From assembly GCA_945877545.1 (NCBI GenBank), contig CAMCSO010000001.1, positions 1 to 56,768 of the forward strand: DNA of 56,768 nt, given 5' to 3'. This DNA is from Bifidobacterium breve (lineage in GTDB: Bacteria; Actinomycetota; Actinomycetes; S36-B12). The stretch's first letter is position 1; each line of letters opens with the position of its first letter. The notes beneath the pieces are model-generated. The model did not search any database. It was not told where the DNA came from and saw only the letters and a program-made list of their open reading frames with translations. A program made the position numbers and the translations under genes. Positions 35,707 through 44,940 of the stretch are shown here, one piece after another.

Positions 35707-37580
35707 GTTCTTGACTCCCCAGAGCCATTCCCACCTGGGTCTGCTGTCGACCAGCGGCCAGGATCGAGTCGTTGCGGCGTTCCGCCATTGTCGGTCCCGT
35801 CAGGCATGCCCCACCGGCCCTTCTGCGAGAGTCCCCGCCAAGTAGCCTCTGCGACGGAGGGGATTTCCGCGCCAGCATGCTTGCGTGTCGATGAGTCATC
35901 GTGCCGCCCATCCGCTGGGTTTCCCGACTCCCCGAGGCTTAGCGGGAGTGGAGACTCTCCGATGGGTCCGCGAACCTGGCGCGGCAGGGTGAGTCTGAAG
36001 CACGCGCCCCGGCCCGGCTCACCCCAAGCCTCGAGCCAGCCACCGTGGAGGCGGGCATCCTCGAGCGAGATCGAAAGGCCGAGGCCAGTTCCGCCGGTCG
36101 TACGCGCCCTCGCCGGGTCTGCGCGCCAGAATCTATTGAATACCAACGACGACTCCCCAGGGCGCAACCCGACCCCGTAGTCCCGAACTGTCACGGCGAC
36201 GGCCTTCTCGTTGCACCCAACCTCAACATCAACGCCGCGTTCACCTCCATGCTCCACTGCATTGTCCATGAGATTGCGAACGATGCGGTTGATTCGTCGG
36301 GCATCACCGTTTACCGCGAAGCGCAGGTCAACTTCGGGCACGGAGGCACGTGCACTGTCGAATTCTGCATCGGATGGCGCGCCAGCATCGATTGCTGTGC
36401 CTATCCCCTCGGGATCGTCCAAGAGTCGAATATCGGTCCCCAGTCGGTGCGCAAGGGGGAGGGCTCGATCGATGACCTGACGGACGAGTTCGCGCACATC
36501 GACGTGGTCTGCCTCCAGTACCGCGGCACCGGCATCGAACCTGGAGATCTCCAGAAGGTCGACGAGGAGCGCTTCGAATCGATCCAACTGAGCCTGCAGC
36601 AATTCCGCTGCTCTCGCGGTCGGGGCGTCGAAATCTGCGCGATTCTCGAACATCACGTCTGCGGCCATTCGAATGGTCGTGAGCGGCGTTCGAAGTTCGT
36701 GGGAAACGTCGGAAACGAAGCGCTGTTGCACCCGGGACAGGCCCTCGAGTTGCTTGATCTGCCGCTGAAGACTGGCGGCCATGTCATTGAACGAGGCGGC
36801 AAGTCGAGCGAGGTCGTCGTCGCCCTTCACCCGGACCCGCTCTGACAGGAATCCGGCCGAGAATCTGCTCGCCGTCTGGGCAGCAGCCCGCACCGGAGCC
36901 ACCACCTGCCGCGTGACAAACCACGCGACGGCGGCAAGCAGTCCCACGAGGAGGACACCTGTGAGAATGACCGCACTGCGAACGAGGTCAAGGGTCTCCT
37001 GCTCCTGAGCGAGCGGGAAAAGGTAGTACAGCTCGTATGGTCCGACGGTCGGTACGACGAGTGGCGCGCCGACGACCAGCCCGGGTACGCCGGGACCGTC
37101 AAGGAATCGAATCTCCGAGTAGGTCCAAGACTGGCGCTGCGACGAAACCACCGCATCCCTCAGCCCGATCGGAACACTCGAGACAGCAACGAGGTTCGTT
37201 CCGCGCTCCGGGGCATCGGCGGCATCACCCGAGGAGAGGAGCAGCACATCGAACTGTCCGGGGGATCCGGCGCGCGCGGCGAGGGCACTCACCACCGAGT
37301 CGACGAGTCGGGAGGCTGATGGAGTCGTGAGGCCGGTATCGGCTGCGTCGAGCAGTCGCTGGGCTTCGCCGAGACCAGCAGCCGCCTCCCCCACCGCGAT
37401 GCGGTCCTTTGAGTTCAGCAGGCCGGTCGTGACGCGGGAGAGGAGTGAGAACCCCAGGACCATCATGACGACCGTTGAGAGCACGAGCGTCGACGAGGTC
37501 ACCCGCAGGAGCAGTGATCGCCGCCACAGCCGCCGCACCCATCGAGGGCCCGCGAGTACGACGTGCATCCAAGGCGTCAA
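35703..37580 (-). CDS. mtrB: Sensor histidine kinase MtrB
   Basis: 625 aa. Two TM segments, HAMP, H-box FVSDVSHELRTPLTTI, N-box NLMDNAVEHG, G-box GGTGLGLSI. Confidence 0.9.
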   Translation of the reverse strand: MTPWMHVVLAGPRWVRRLWRRSLLLRVTSSTLVLSTVVMMVLGFSLLSRVTTGLLNSKDRIAVGEAAAGLGEAQRLLDAADTGLTTPSASRLVDSVVSALAARAGSPGQFDVLLLSSGDAADAPERGTNLVAVSSVPIGLRDAVVSSQRQSWTYSEIRFLDGPGVPGLVVGAPLVVPTVGPYELYYLFPLAQEQETLDLVRSAVILTGVLLVGLLAAVAWFVTRQVVAPVRAAAQTASRFSAGFLSERVRVKGDDDLARLAASFNDMAASLQRQIKQLEGLSRVQQRFVSDVSHELRTPLTTIRMAADVMFENRADFDAPTARAAELLQAQLDRFEALLVDLLEISRFDAGAAVLEADHVDVRELVRQVIDRALPLAHRLGTDIRLLDDPEGIGTAIDAGAPSDAEFDSARASVPEVDLRFAVNGDARRINRIVRNLMDNAVEHGGERGVDVEVGCNEKAVAVTVRDYGVGLRPGESSLVFNRFWRADPARARTTGGTGLGLSISLEDARLHGGWLEAWGEPGRGACFRLTLPRQVRGPIGESPLPLSLGESGNPADGRHDDSSTRKHAGAEIPSVAEATWRGLSQKGRWGMPDGTDNGGTPQRLDPGRWSTADPGGNGSGESRT

Positions 37581-37591
37581 TTGAGGAGTTC

Positions 37592-38293
37592 TCAGGTCGG
37601 GCCGGCCTTGTAGCCGACGCCTCGAACCGTCAGCACGATTTCAGGTCGCTCTGGATCATGCTCGATCTTCGCTCGGAGGCGCTGGACGTGCACGTTGACG
37701 AGTCGGGTGTCGGCGGCATGTCGATAGCCCCAGACCTCCTGCAGGAGCACCTCACGGGTGAACACCTGGCCGGGTTTTCGTGCCAGACAGACGAGGAGGT
37801 CAAACTCCAGCGGGGTCAGCGCGAGCACGCGGCCGCCCCTCGACACGGTGTGCCCGACGACGTCGATTGTTACATCGCCGATTGTCAGCCCCGCGGACGG
37901 CGCATCATCATGTCGCCTCACCCGAGCGCGGATCCTTGCCACGAGTTCCTTGGGCTTGAACGGTTTCACGATGTAGTCGTCGGCCCCAGATTCGAGTCCA
38001 ACGACCACATCGACGGTGTCGCTCTTCGCAGTGAGCATGACGATAGGCACCCCCGATTCCAAACGGATTGCCCGGCAGACGTCGATGCCGCCCATGCCCG
38101 GCAACATGAGATCGAGAAGGATCACCTCGGGCTGTGTCTCACGAAATGCCTGGACGGCAGTGGCACCATCTGCGCAGAACACCGGCTCGAACCCCTCGCC
38201 GCGCAGCACGATGCCGAGCATCTCAGCGAGAGCGAGGTCGTCATCGACGACAAGGACCCGGCCACGGGTCGCCATGCCTGGGGGAACGCTCAT
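37592..38293 (-). CDS. mtrA: OmpR-family response regulator MtrA
   Basis: 233 aa. Receiver VLVVDDD...ILLDLMLPGM..., winged-helix C-terminus VHVQRLRAKIE...TVRGVGYK. Start could be M7 (38275). Confidence 0.92.
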   Translation of the reverse strand: MSVPPGMATRGRVLVVDDDLALAEMLGIVLRGEGFEPVFCADGATAVQAFRETQPEVILLDLMLPGMGGIDVCRAIRLESGVPIVMLTAKSDTVDVVVGLESGADDYIVKPFKPKELVARIRARVRRHDDAPSAGLTIGDVTIDVVGHTVSRGGRVLALTPLEFDLLVCLARKPGQVFTREVLLQEVWGYRHAADTRLVNVHVQRLRAKIEHDPERPEIVLTVRGVGYKAGPT

Positions 38294-38305
38294 GGCCTTA
38301 TGTTG

Positions 38306-39055
38306 TCACCCTGGGAGGCCAAGCATGACGAATATGGCTCCGGGAGCGTTATTGACCGCGTGAGCGACGATCGACACCCCAAGGGACCCACTGCGTGCTC
38401 GCGCAACGCCAAGAACGAGGCCGATCGCGATGAGGACCCCGAGTCGAACCGGCTCGAAGTGAAACAGGGCGAACGCAACGGCCGTGATGACCACGGTGAG
38501 CGCAGGACGCACGCCACGCTTTCGCAGCCCGGCAAAGAGGAGACCCCGAAAGGCCAACTCCTCAGCAATCGGGGCACCGACCATAAGCATCAACCCGAAG
38601 CCAATGAGAGCGAGGCGGTTACTCTCCGCCACGATAGATCGGGCGACCTCACCTGCGGCGGAGTCGAATTCACCGAAGATGGCCGTGCTGATGAGGGTGA
38701 GCACCGCGGCGAGCACCAGTGCGATGATTCCGGTCACGACACCCCAGCCCAGCTCATCCCAGGTGAGACGCAGACCCAGATCAATGCGGGGACCATTGCC
38801 CCGCAATTTGGTGGTGAGCATCGGCCAGCCGGCCAAGCCCACCCACCCAGCGAGCCCACCAGCGATGACGGTGACCCCCGCCGACGCGCCTACTGCCTCA
38901 AGCAGGCCGCCCACGACAAGGGCGAGGACCACGGTGAGTCCAAGGGTGATGACCACATCACCGAGGCCCCAACGTGGCCGCCGGAGCGTGCGACCATCTG
39001 CCAGGGCCTCGGTGACAGTCGTCGGGCAGCCCTCGTAGTCCGCAGGCATGTCCAT
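38306..39055 (-). CDS. CPBP-family (CAAX) intramembrane metalloprotease
   Basis: 249 aa, polytopic. EELAFRG and FALFH motifs characteristic of the Abi/CPBP family. Confidence 0.8.
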   Translation of the reverse strand: MDMPADYEGCPTTVTEALADGRTLRRPRWGLGDVVITLGLTVVLALVVGGLLEAVGASAGVTVIAGGLAGWVGLAGWPMLTTKLRGNGPRIDLGLRLTWDELGWGVVTGIIALVLAAVLTLISTAIFGEFDSAAGEVARSIVAESNRLALIGFGLMLMVGAPIAEELAFRGLLFAGLRKRGVRPALTVVITAVAFALFHFEPVRLGVLIAIGLVLGVARARSGSLGVSIVAHAVNNAPGAIFVMLGLPG

Positions 39056-39121
39056 CCCTAGACGCTACCTCTAGGGTCTGTCATCCGCTCCGCCTTGAGC
39101 ACCAACTGACATCCGGCACAA

Positions 39122-39153
39122 GAGAGGGCCACCCCCGAAGGAGTGGCCCTCTC
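39122..39153 (-). terminator. Hairpin downstream of ahcY (11-bp perfect stem)
   Basis: GAGAGGGCCAC (39122-39132) pairs with GTGGCCCTCTC (39143-39153), 21 nt past the ahcY stop. No U-tract. Confidence 0.55.
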
Positions 39154-39173
39154 ACGATCTGAGTGTGCGTGAA

Positions 39174-40631
39174 TTAGTAGCGGTACAACTCAGGCTTGTA
39201 CGGGCCGGCAACGTCGACACCGAGATACTCTGCCTGCTTCTTGTCGAGCTCGGTCAGGCGGACACCCAGAGCGTCGATGTGGAGCCGTGCGACCTTCTCA
39301 TCGAGGAACTTGGGCAGCACGTATACGCCGAGGGGGTACTCATCGATCTTCGTGAAGAGCTCAATCTGGGCGAGGACCTGGTTGGTGAACGACGCCGACA
39401 TCACGAAGGACGGATGCCCGGTCGCATTGCCAAGATTAAGCAGGCGGCCTTCCGACAGCATGATGATTGACTTGCCATTGGCGAAGGTCCATTCGTCAAC
39501 CTGCGGCTTGATCGTCTTGCGAACAACACCCGGGGTTGCCGCGAGGCCCGCGATATCGATCTCATTGTCGAAGTGGCCGATGTTGCCGACGATCGCTTGG
39601 TGCTTCATCTTCGACATCTGCTCCGCCGTGATGACGTCGTAGCAACCGGTTGCCGTGATGAAGATGTCTGCTACGTCAAGCACGTCGTCCAGAAGCGCGA
39701 CCTGGTAGCCATCCATCGCCGCCTGAAGTGCGCAGATCGGATCGATCTCGGTGACGATGACACGTGCGCCCTGGCCGCGAAGTGAGTCCGCGGAGCCCTT
39801 TCCGACATCGCCGAAGCCGCAAACGACCGCCACCTTGCCACCGATCATGACGTCGGTCGCGCGGTTGATTCCGTCAATGAGGGAGTGCCTGCAGCCGTAC
39901 TTGTTATCGAACTTGCTCTTGGTGACCGAGTCATTCACGTTGATCGCCGGGAACATGAGCCGACCCTCGCGCAACATCTCGTAGAGACGATGAACACCGG
40001 TCGTGGTCTCCTCCGTGACACCCATGATGCCCGCGCCGATGTTCGTCCAACGAGTCGCGTCTTCGGTGAGGGTGCGTCGCAGCGTCTCGAGGACAACCGC
40101 GTATTCCTCGGAGGTCGACTCATCCGCAGTTGGGACCACGCCGGCAGCCTCGAACTCGGTGCCCTTATGCACGAGCATCGTGGCATCGCCACCGTCGTCA
40201 AGAATCATGTTCGGACCCTTGCCGTCCGGCCACATCAGGATCTGCTCGGTGCACCACCAGTACTCGGTCAGGCTCTCGCCCTTCCAAGCGAACACCGGCA
40301 CACCATTCGGTGACTCGACCGTGCCCTCTCGGCCGACGACAACTGCCGCAGCGGCATGGTCCTGGGTCGAGAAGATGTTGCAGGAGGCCCAGCGGACATC
40401 AGCACCGAGATCGATAAGCGTCTCGATCAGCACTGCCGTCTGGACGGTCATGTGCAGCGAACCGGTAATACGAGCACCAGTGAGCGGCTTGCTGGTGCCA
40501 AACTCGGCACGCATGGACATGAGGCCGGGCATCTCATGCTCGGCGAGTCGGATCTCGTCGCGACCGAACTCGGCCAGCGCAAGATCGGCGACCTTGAAGT
40601 CGGGCGTGCCATCGGACTTGAACACAGTCAT
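39174..40631 (-). CDS. ahcY: Adenosylhomocysteinase
   Basis: 485 aa. Highly conserved SAHH sequence throughout (e.g. [37 protein letters not shown]). Confidence 0.95.
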   Translation of the reverse strand: MTVFKSDGTPDFKVADLALAEFGRDEIRLAEHEMPGLMSMRAEFGTSKPLTGARITGSLHMTVQTAVLIETLIDLGADVRWASCNIFSTQDHAAAAVVVGREGTVESPNGVPVFAWKGESLTEYWWCTEQILMWPDGKGPNMILDDGGDATMLVHKGTEFEAAGVVPTADESTSEEYAVVLETLRRTLTEDATRWTNIGAGIMGVTEETTTGVHRLYEMLREGRLMFPAINVNDSVTKSKFDNKYGCRHSLIDGINRATDVMIGGKVAVVCGFGDVGKGSADSLRGQGARVIVTEIDPICALQAAMDGYQVALLDDVLDVADIFITATGCYDVITAEQMSKMKHQAIVGNIGHFDNEIDIAGLAATPGVVRKTIKPQVDEWTFANGKSIIMLSEGRLLNLGNATGHPSFVMSASFTNQVLAQIELFTKIDEYPLGVYVLPKFLDEKVARLHIDALGVRLTELDKKQAEYLGVDVAGPYKPELYRY

Positions 40632-40645
40632 TCGAAACTCCTCGT

Positions 40646-40659
40646 GAATAGGTCTATTC
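40646..40659. promoter_or_regulatory. AT-rich perfect palindrome GAATAG-GT-CTATTC in the ahcY leader (operator-like)
   Basis: Read directly. Lies a few nt upstream of the ahcY Shine-Dalgarno (GAGGAG on the minus strand). Contains one TAGAC/GTCTA element. Confidence 0.3.
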
Positions 40660-40744
40660 CTGGGTGTGGATCGGGAAGTGGGCAGACGTCACGAGGCTTC
40701 GTTGGTCCGCAGCGAGATACATACTGCCAGAGGTTGTGAAAATG

Positions 40745-40776
40745 CGCACCTCCGCCGGACCGGCAGGGGGCGTGCG
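40745..40776 (-). terminator. Imperfect GC-rich hairpin after the CDF transporter gene, followed by CATTTT on the minus strand
   Basis: CGCAC/GTGCG outer stem, with CTCC/GGGG and GCCGG/CCGGC inner pairs. Begins 6 nt after the stop at 40782. Confidence 0.45.
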
Positions 40777-40781
40777 GCGAC

Positions 40782-41702
40782 CTACAGTGCCGCGCCGCGA
40801 TCGATATCTGGCTCAAGGAAGATGTAACGAGCCGAGGGGACGGCTGCCCGAAGAGCTGCCTCTGCCGCATCAATGTCGGCGGCAATCTGCAGGCCGGTAT
40901 CGCTGTGTGCTACCGCGATCTTGGCAGCGACGAGGAGCTCATCCGGGCCAACGTGCAGAGTTTTCAGGTGAATGACTCGCAGGACCCCATCACTCGCCTC
41001 AAGCGCCGCCCAGATGGCGTCGACCTCCTCGGGAAGGGCCGCCTCCCCGACCAGCATGGCTGCCATCTCCATTGCCAAGAACACCGCGATGACCACGAGC
41101 AGGCCACCAACTGCCATGGCACCTACGCCATCCCATACGCCGTTACCTGTGAGGACCGCGAGGGAAACGCCGCAGAGGGCGAAGAACAGGCCGACGAGGG
41201 CTCCGGCATCCTCGAGCAGGATCACCGGGAGTTCCGGCTGGCGGGCGTCCTTCAAGAATCTCGCAAAACTGCGGTGACCCTTCGCCTTTCGCGCCTCATG
41301 CAGGGCGGTTCGAAAGGAGAAGAACTCCATGACGATCGCGATACCCAGCACGAGGAAGGCGATCCAGGCGTCCTTCACTTCATCGGGGTGCTGAATCTTG
41401 TGCAGCCCCTCGTACAGGGAGAAGAGCCCACCTACCAGGAACAGGACGACGGCCACGATGAAGCCGTAGATGAACCTGCGGCGTCCGTACCCGAAATTGT
41501 GAGCAGCGTCGGCGCCCTTCTTGGAGCGCTTATTGCCGATCAGCAGCAGAACCTGATTGCCGGAATCGGCGACCGAGTGAATGGCCTCGGTGAGCAACGA
41601 TGAGGATCCAGTGAACGCAAACGCAATGAACTTGCTGATCGCTATACCGATATTAGCGAGAAGGGCGGCGAACACCGCACGCATGCCACCTTCAGTACTC
41701 AC
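40782..41702 (-). CDS. Cation diffusion facilitator (CDF) family metal efflux transporter
   Basis: 306 aa. Six TM helices, HSVADSGNQ metal-site motif in TM2, C-terminal cytoplasmic domain. Confidence 0.85.
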   Translation of the reverse strand: MSTEGGMRAVFAALLANIGIAISKFIAFAFTGSSSLLTEAIHSVADSGNQVLLLIGNKRSKKGADAAHNFGYGRRRFIYGFIVAVVLFLVGGLFSLYEGLHKIQHPDEVKDAWIAFLVLGIAIVMEFFSFRTALHEARKAKGHRSFARFLKDARQPELPVILLEDAGALVGLFFALCGVSLAVLTGNGVWDGVGAMAVGGLLVVIAVFLAMEMAAMLVGEAALPEEVDAIWAALEASDGVLRVIHLKTLHVGPDELLVAAKIAVAHSDTGLQIAADIDAAEAALRAAVPSARYIFLEPDIDRGAAL

Positions 41703-41726
41703 GACAACACATCCAATCTCACTACT

Positions 41727-42890
41727 TCAGCCGCCAGCCACCAACGCGACGAGGCCCGGAGCGCTCACCCTAGCCGCCGAGTCTTCGTGCGGGAGGATCG
41801 CGGCAGTACCAGCATTAAGCACCACACTTTCGGTATCCGTCGTGATCGTCGCCGCTCCTTCAATCGCAAGGCACAGTCGGAAACGACCCTGTCGCAGGAT
41901 GCTTTGAGCAGCCTGCTCCTGAATCCCTGAGGTCTCGGATCCTGAGTTGACATGCCCGTCACGGGCATCGGCGTCGATCGTTCCCATCAGTCCACGTGCG
42001 AGGAGTGCCTCAAACGGCGCCCCCGCAGGTGCGATGATCTCGCCAACGTGACGGTGGAGCACCTGCGGTGACGCTCCTAGGTCCAGCGCCTCGATTGCTT
42101 CCTCAATGAAGATGGGCTTGGGCGTGAGGCCAAGCCGCAGGACATTGTCCGAGGTCGTCATGACCTCTAATCCAAGTCCCCTGATGTAGCTGTGGGGCAC
42201 GCCAGCAGGCACGTAGGCGGCCGATCCCGCGTCTAGGCTCACATGCGCCAAGAGCGCCGTGAGGAGGGCGCCATTGTCGCCGGGGTAAGTGGAGGCGACG
42301 GTCTCGAAGGCAGCGCATTCGATTGCGGGCAACCCTGCCTTCCTTGACGCGTCGGGCAGCAGTGCCACGGCCTCCTCGATGCCTTCCGCGGCCAAGAGCG
42401 CGCGAATCGCTGCGATGCGATCACCCGTTGCGAGAAGTTTCGCCCCCGCGACTGCGTTCGGAATGCGCGAGAGTATCGCCACCGCCTCATCATCCGGACG
42501 CCATCCAACGAATGCCTCGAACGGCTCGATCGCCACGATTAATTCGGTCTTCTCGTTGCCGTCCGCGAGGATCTGGGGCCCCCTACTCAACCGCTGGTCG
42601 CTCCAGCGACGGCGTGCCAGATCAGCCCCTGGATGCACCTGCACTGAAAGAGGCTGGGCAGCAGCGAGCAACTTCACGAGGAGGGGTATCACGTGGTCAT
42701 CGAACATATCGGCAAGGGTGGTCCCGGCCGTCAGTCCCGATGGAAACACGACCGGCGAAGGTGCGGACGGATGCGCGCCAAACCACAACTCCGCCTGCGG
42801 ACGTCCGGTCGAACCTCCGCACCATGGCGCCAGACCATCGACGATGCCCCAGGCGTAATCCTTCACAACTCCCTGCACGACCGTAACCAT
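41727..42890 (-). CDS. manA: Mannose-6-phosphate isomerase, class I
   Basis: 387 aa. DYAWG N-terminal motif, LSVQVHPG zinc-site motif, VPAGVPHSY. Confidence 0.85.
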   Translation of the reverse strand: MVTVVQGVVKDYAWGIVDGLAPWCGGSTGRPQAELWFGAHPSAPSPVVFPSGLTAGTTLADMFDDHVIPLLVKLLAAAQPLSVQVHPGADLARRRWSDQRLSRGPQILADGNEKTELIVAIEPFEAFVGWRPDDEAVAILSRIPNAVAGAKLLATGDRIAAIRALLAAEGIEEAVALLPDASRKAGLPAIECAAFETVASTYPGDNGALLTALLAHVSLDAGSAAYVPAGVPHSYIRGLGLEVMTTSDNVLRLGLTPKPIFIEEAIEALDLGASPQVLHRHVGEIIAPAGAPFEALLARGLMGTIDADARDGHVNSGSETSGIQEQAAQSILRQGRFRLCLAIEGAATITTDTESVVLNAGTAAILPHEDSAARVSAPGLVALVAGG

Positions 42891-42893
42891 GTG

Positions 42894-43061
42894 CTAGCTC
42901 TTGCGCGCCTCGTCGAGGAGCATCACGGGGATGCCGTCACGGATCGGAAATCGCAGGCCACACACCGTGCAGACGATCTCACCTAGGTTCGCATCATGGG
43001 TCACGTCGCCGTGTGCGGGGCAAGGGCAGGCAAGGAGGTCCCATAGCGCCGGGTCGATCAT
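42894..43061 (-). CDS. Trm112-family small zinc-ribbon protein
   Basis: ATG 43061 (MIDPALWDLLACPC...CTVCGLRFPIRDGIPVML), 55 aa. ATGA overlap with the manB stop. Confidence 0.75.
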   Translation of the reverse strand: MIDPALWDLLACPCPAHGDVTHDANLGEIVCTVCGLRFPIRDGIPVMLLDEARKS

Positions 43062-44467
43062 CCTTCCTCCCGCATTAGGGCGAGCACTCCATCGCGGATC
43101 TCCGCCATCGTGTTTACGTCGAAGGCCTCCGCATTCAGGCGAAGCAGCGGCTCGGTATTGCTCGGTCGAACATTGAACCACCACGTGTCCGCCGTGAATG
43201 TCAACCCGTCAAGGTCGTCAATGGCGACGCCCTCGGTACTGCCATACGCCTCTCGGATCCGGGCCGTTGCCTTTGCTTGGTCTGTCACCTTCGTGTTGAT
43301 CTCACCACTCGACGCATACCGATCAAATGCCTTGAGCAAGCTCGATAGCGGCGTTCCTGCTGGAGTTTCACCGAGCGCAGCGATCGTGTGCAGCGCTGCC
43401 AGCATCCCGGAATCCGCACGCCAGAAGTCCCGAAAGTAAAAGTGACCTGAGTGCTCGCCACCGAAACAGGCGTCGGTCTCGGCCATCGTCGCCTTGATGA
43501 ACGAATGGCCAACTCGAGTGCGCACTGGTACGCCACCGTGCTCGAGCACGACCTCCGGCACCGCCTTTGAGGTGATGAGATTGTGAATGATGGTTGACCC
43601 CGGGTGCTTAGCGAGCTCCCGTGAGGCGATAAGCGCAGTCAGGGTCGAGGGGCTCACTGCCTCGCCGCGCTCGTCGATGACAAAGCATCGATCGGCATCT
43701 CCATCGAAGGCGAGACCTAGATCTGCCCCGGTCTCGCGCACCCGTGCCTGAAGGTCGACCAAATTCGCCGGTTCGATCGGATTGGCTTCGTGATTGGGGA
43801 AAGATCCATCAAGTTCAAAGTACATCTCGATGATGTCAAGCGGCAGCGCCGGGAGTCCTACGGCCTCGCCGAGCACTGCCGGAGCCGTGTACCCACCCAT
43901 TCCATTGCCTGCATCGATGACAACCTTGAGACGGCGAATGCCCGATACGTCAACGAGCGAGCGCAGGAAAGCCGAGTAATCCCTGAGCATGTCCTGTGAC
44001 CGAACCGCACCGATGGGCCTGTCCGCCGGCACGGGTACCGGACCCGCTTCAATCATTTCGCGGATCTCACGCAGTCCGGTGTCCTGCCCCACAGGTGCCG
44101 CACCCGCGCGACACAACTTGATGCCGTTGTACTGGGCCGGATTGTGGCTCGCCGTGAACATTGCCCCGGGGATGTTCAGGTGCCCGGAAGCGAAGTACAA
44201 GCCATCAGTGCTGGCGAGGCCGATGAGGATGACATCGCAACCCTGCTCGCGAACCCCCTCCGAGAACGCTGCCACGAGATCCGGCCCCGATGGGCGCATG
44301 TCGTGACCGATGGCGACGACGCCGGGCCCGCCGTCTTCTGCAGCAATCCCAAGAACCCGGACGAATGCCGCGCCCACCTCATGAGCGAGATCGGCGTCGA
44401 GTTGGTCTGGGACGATCCCGCGAACGTCGTAGGCCTTGATGATGTCATCGAGTGTTCTCACGTGCAT
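43058..44467 (-). CDS. manB: Phosphomannomutase/phosphoglucomutase
   Basis: 469 aa. Active-site loop TASHNPAQYNG, metal loop FDGDADR. Confidence 0.9.
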   Translation of the reverse strand: MHVRTLDDIIKAYDVRGIVPDQLDADLAHEVGAAFVRVLGIAAEDGGPGVVAIGHDMRPSGPDLVAAFSEGVREQGCDVILIGLASTDGLYFASGHLNIPGAMFTASHNPAQYNGIKLCRAGAAPVGQDTGLREIREMIEAGPVPVPADRPIGAVRSQDMLRDYSAFLRSLVDVSGIRRLKVVIDAGNGMGGYTAPAVLGEAVGLPALPLDIIEMYFELDGSFPNHEANPIEPANLVDLQARVRETGADLGLAFDGDADRCFVIDERGEAVSPSTLTALIASRELAKHPGSTIIHNLITSKAVPEVVLEHGGVPVRTRVGHSFIKATMAETDACFGGEHSGHFYFRDFWRADSGMLAALHTIAALGETPAGTPLSSLLKAFDRYASSGEINTKVTDQAKATARIREAYGSTEGVAIDDLDGLTFTADTWWFNVRPSNTEPLLRLNAEAFDVNTMAEIRDGVLALMREEG

Positions 44468-44470
44468 AAC

Positions 44471-44863
44471 CTACCGAGCGAGGTCGCTGTCACTACTCTC
44501 AAGAACCCGTAGGTGCCCTCTCCTCGCCACTTCGACCGACCCACTGGGGAGGCTTTTGTGCCCCTCCTGCTCCGGGGAGTACCTCGGACGAGCTGCCTCT
44601 CGGACCGCATCGGCAAGCGCTGCCAGATCATCGCTCGTCGGCTTCAGCGCATCGGGATTCGGACTGATTCGCACGATCTCCCAGCCGCGTGGAGCCGTCA
44701 TCCGCATGCTGTGCATGTCGCACAGGTCGTAGCAGTGGGGTTCGGCTGCCGTCGCTAGTGGCCCGACCACCGCAGTTGAGTCGGCATAGACGTACGTGAG
44801 CGTCGACACGGCGACCCCTTGACATGAGGGCTTAGAACAGCGTCGGCGAGACATACGTCGCAC
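44471..44863 (-). CDS. DUF3499 protein
   Basis: RRCSKPSC...TLTYVYADSTAVVGPL...YDLCDMH matches the conserved actinobacterial DUF3499 pattern. GTG 44863 has GGAG 7 nt upstream. Alternative start at ATG 44854. Confidence 0.78.
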   Translation of the reverse strand: MRRMSRRRCSKPSCQGVAVSTLTYVYADSTAVVGPLATAAEPHCYDLCDMHSMRMTAPRGWEIVRISPNPDALKPTSDDLAALADAVREAARPRYSPEQEGHKSLPSGSVEVARRGHLRVLESSDSDLAR

Positions 44864-44940
44864 GTTAACGCTCCGAGGGCATCAGAGCACGCGGACTCGC
44901 CGGGGCGACCTTCGCTCGCCGGCCTCAGCGCACAAATGAG

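Noticed and set aside
37475-39061. 528-aa plus-strand ORF spanning the antisense of mtrA and the CPBP protease gene
   Set aside because: It runs antisense to two genes with unmistakable family motifs. Its translation is low-complexity and Arg/Asp/His/Gly-rich with no recognisable motif. Long stop-free antisense frames are expected in GC-rich DNA.
40632-40781. Possible SAH riboswitch in the roughly 150-nt ahcY leader
   Set aside because: SAH riboswitches commonly precede ahcY, so I looked for the conserved GAGGAGCGCUGC...GGCUC...GCGCC pseudoknot core as I recall it. The leader has no convincing match. The only GAGGAG is the SD, and the GC hairpin near 40745-40776 is better explained as the CDF gene terminator. 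A covariance-model scan (Rfam RF01057) would settle it.
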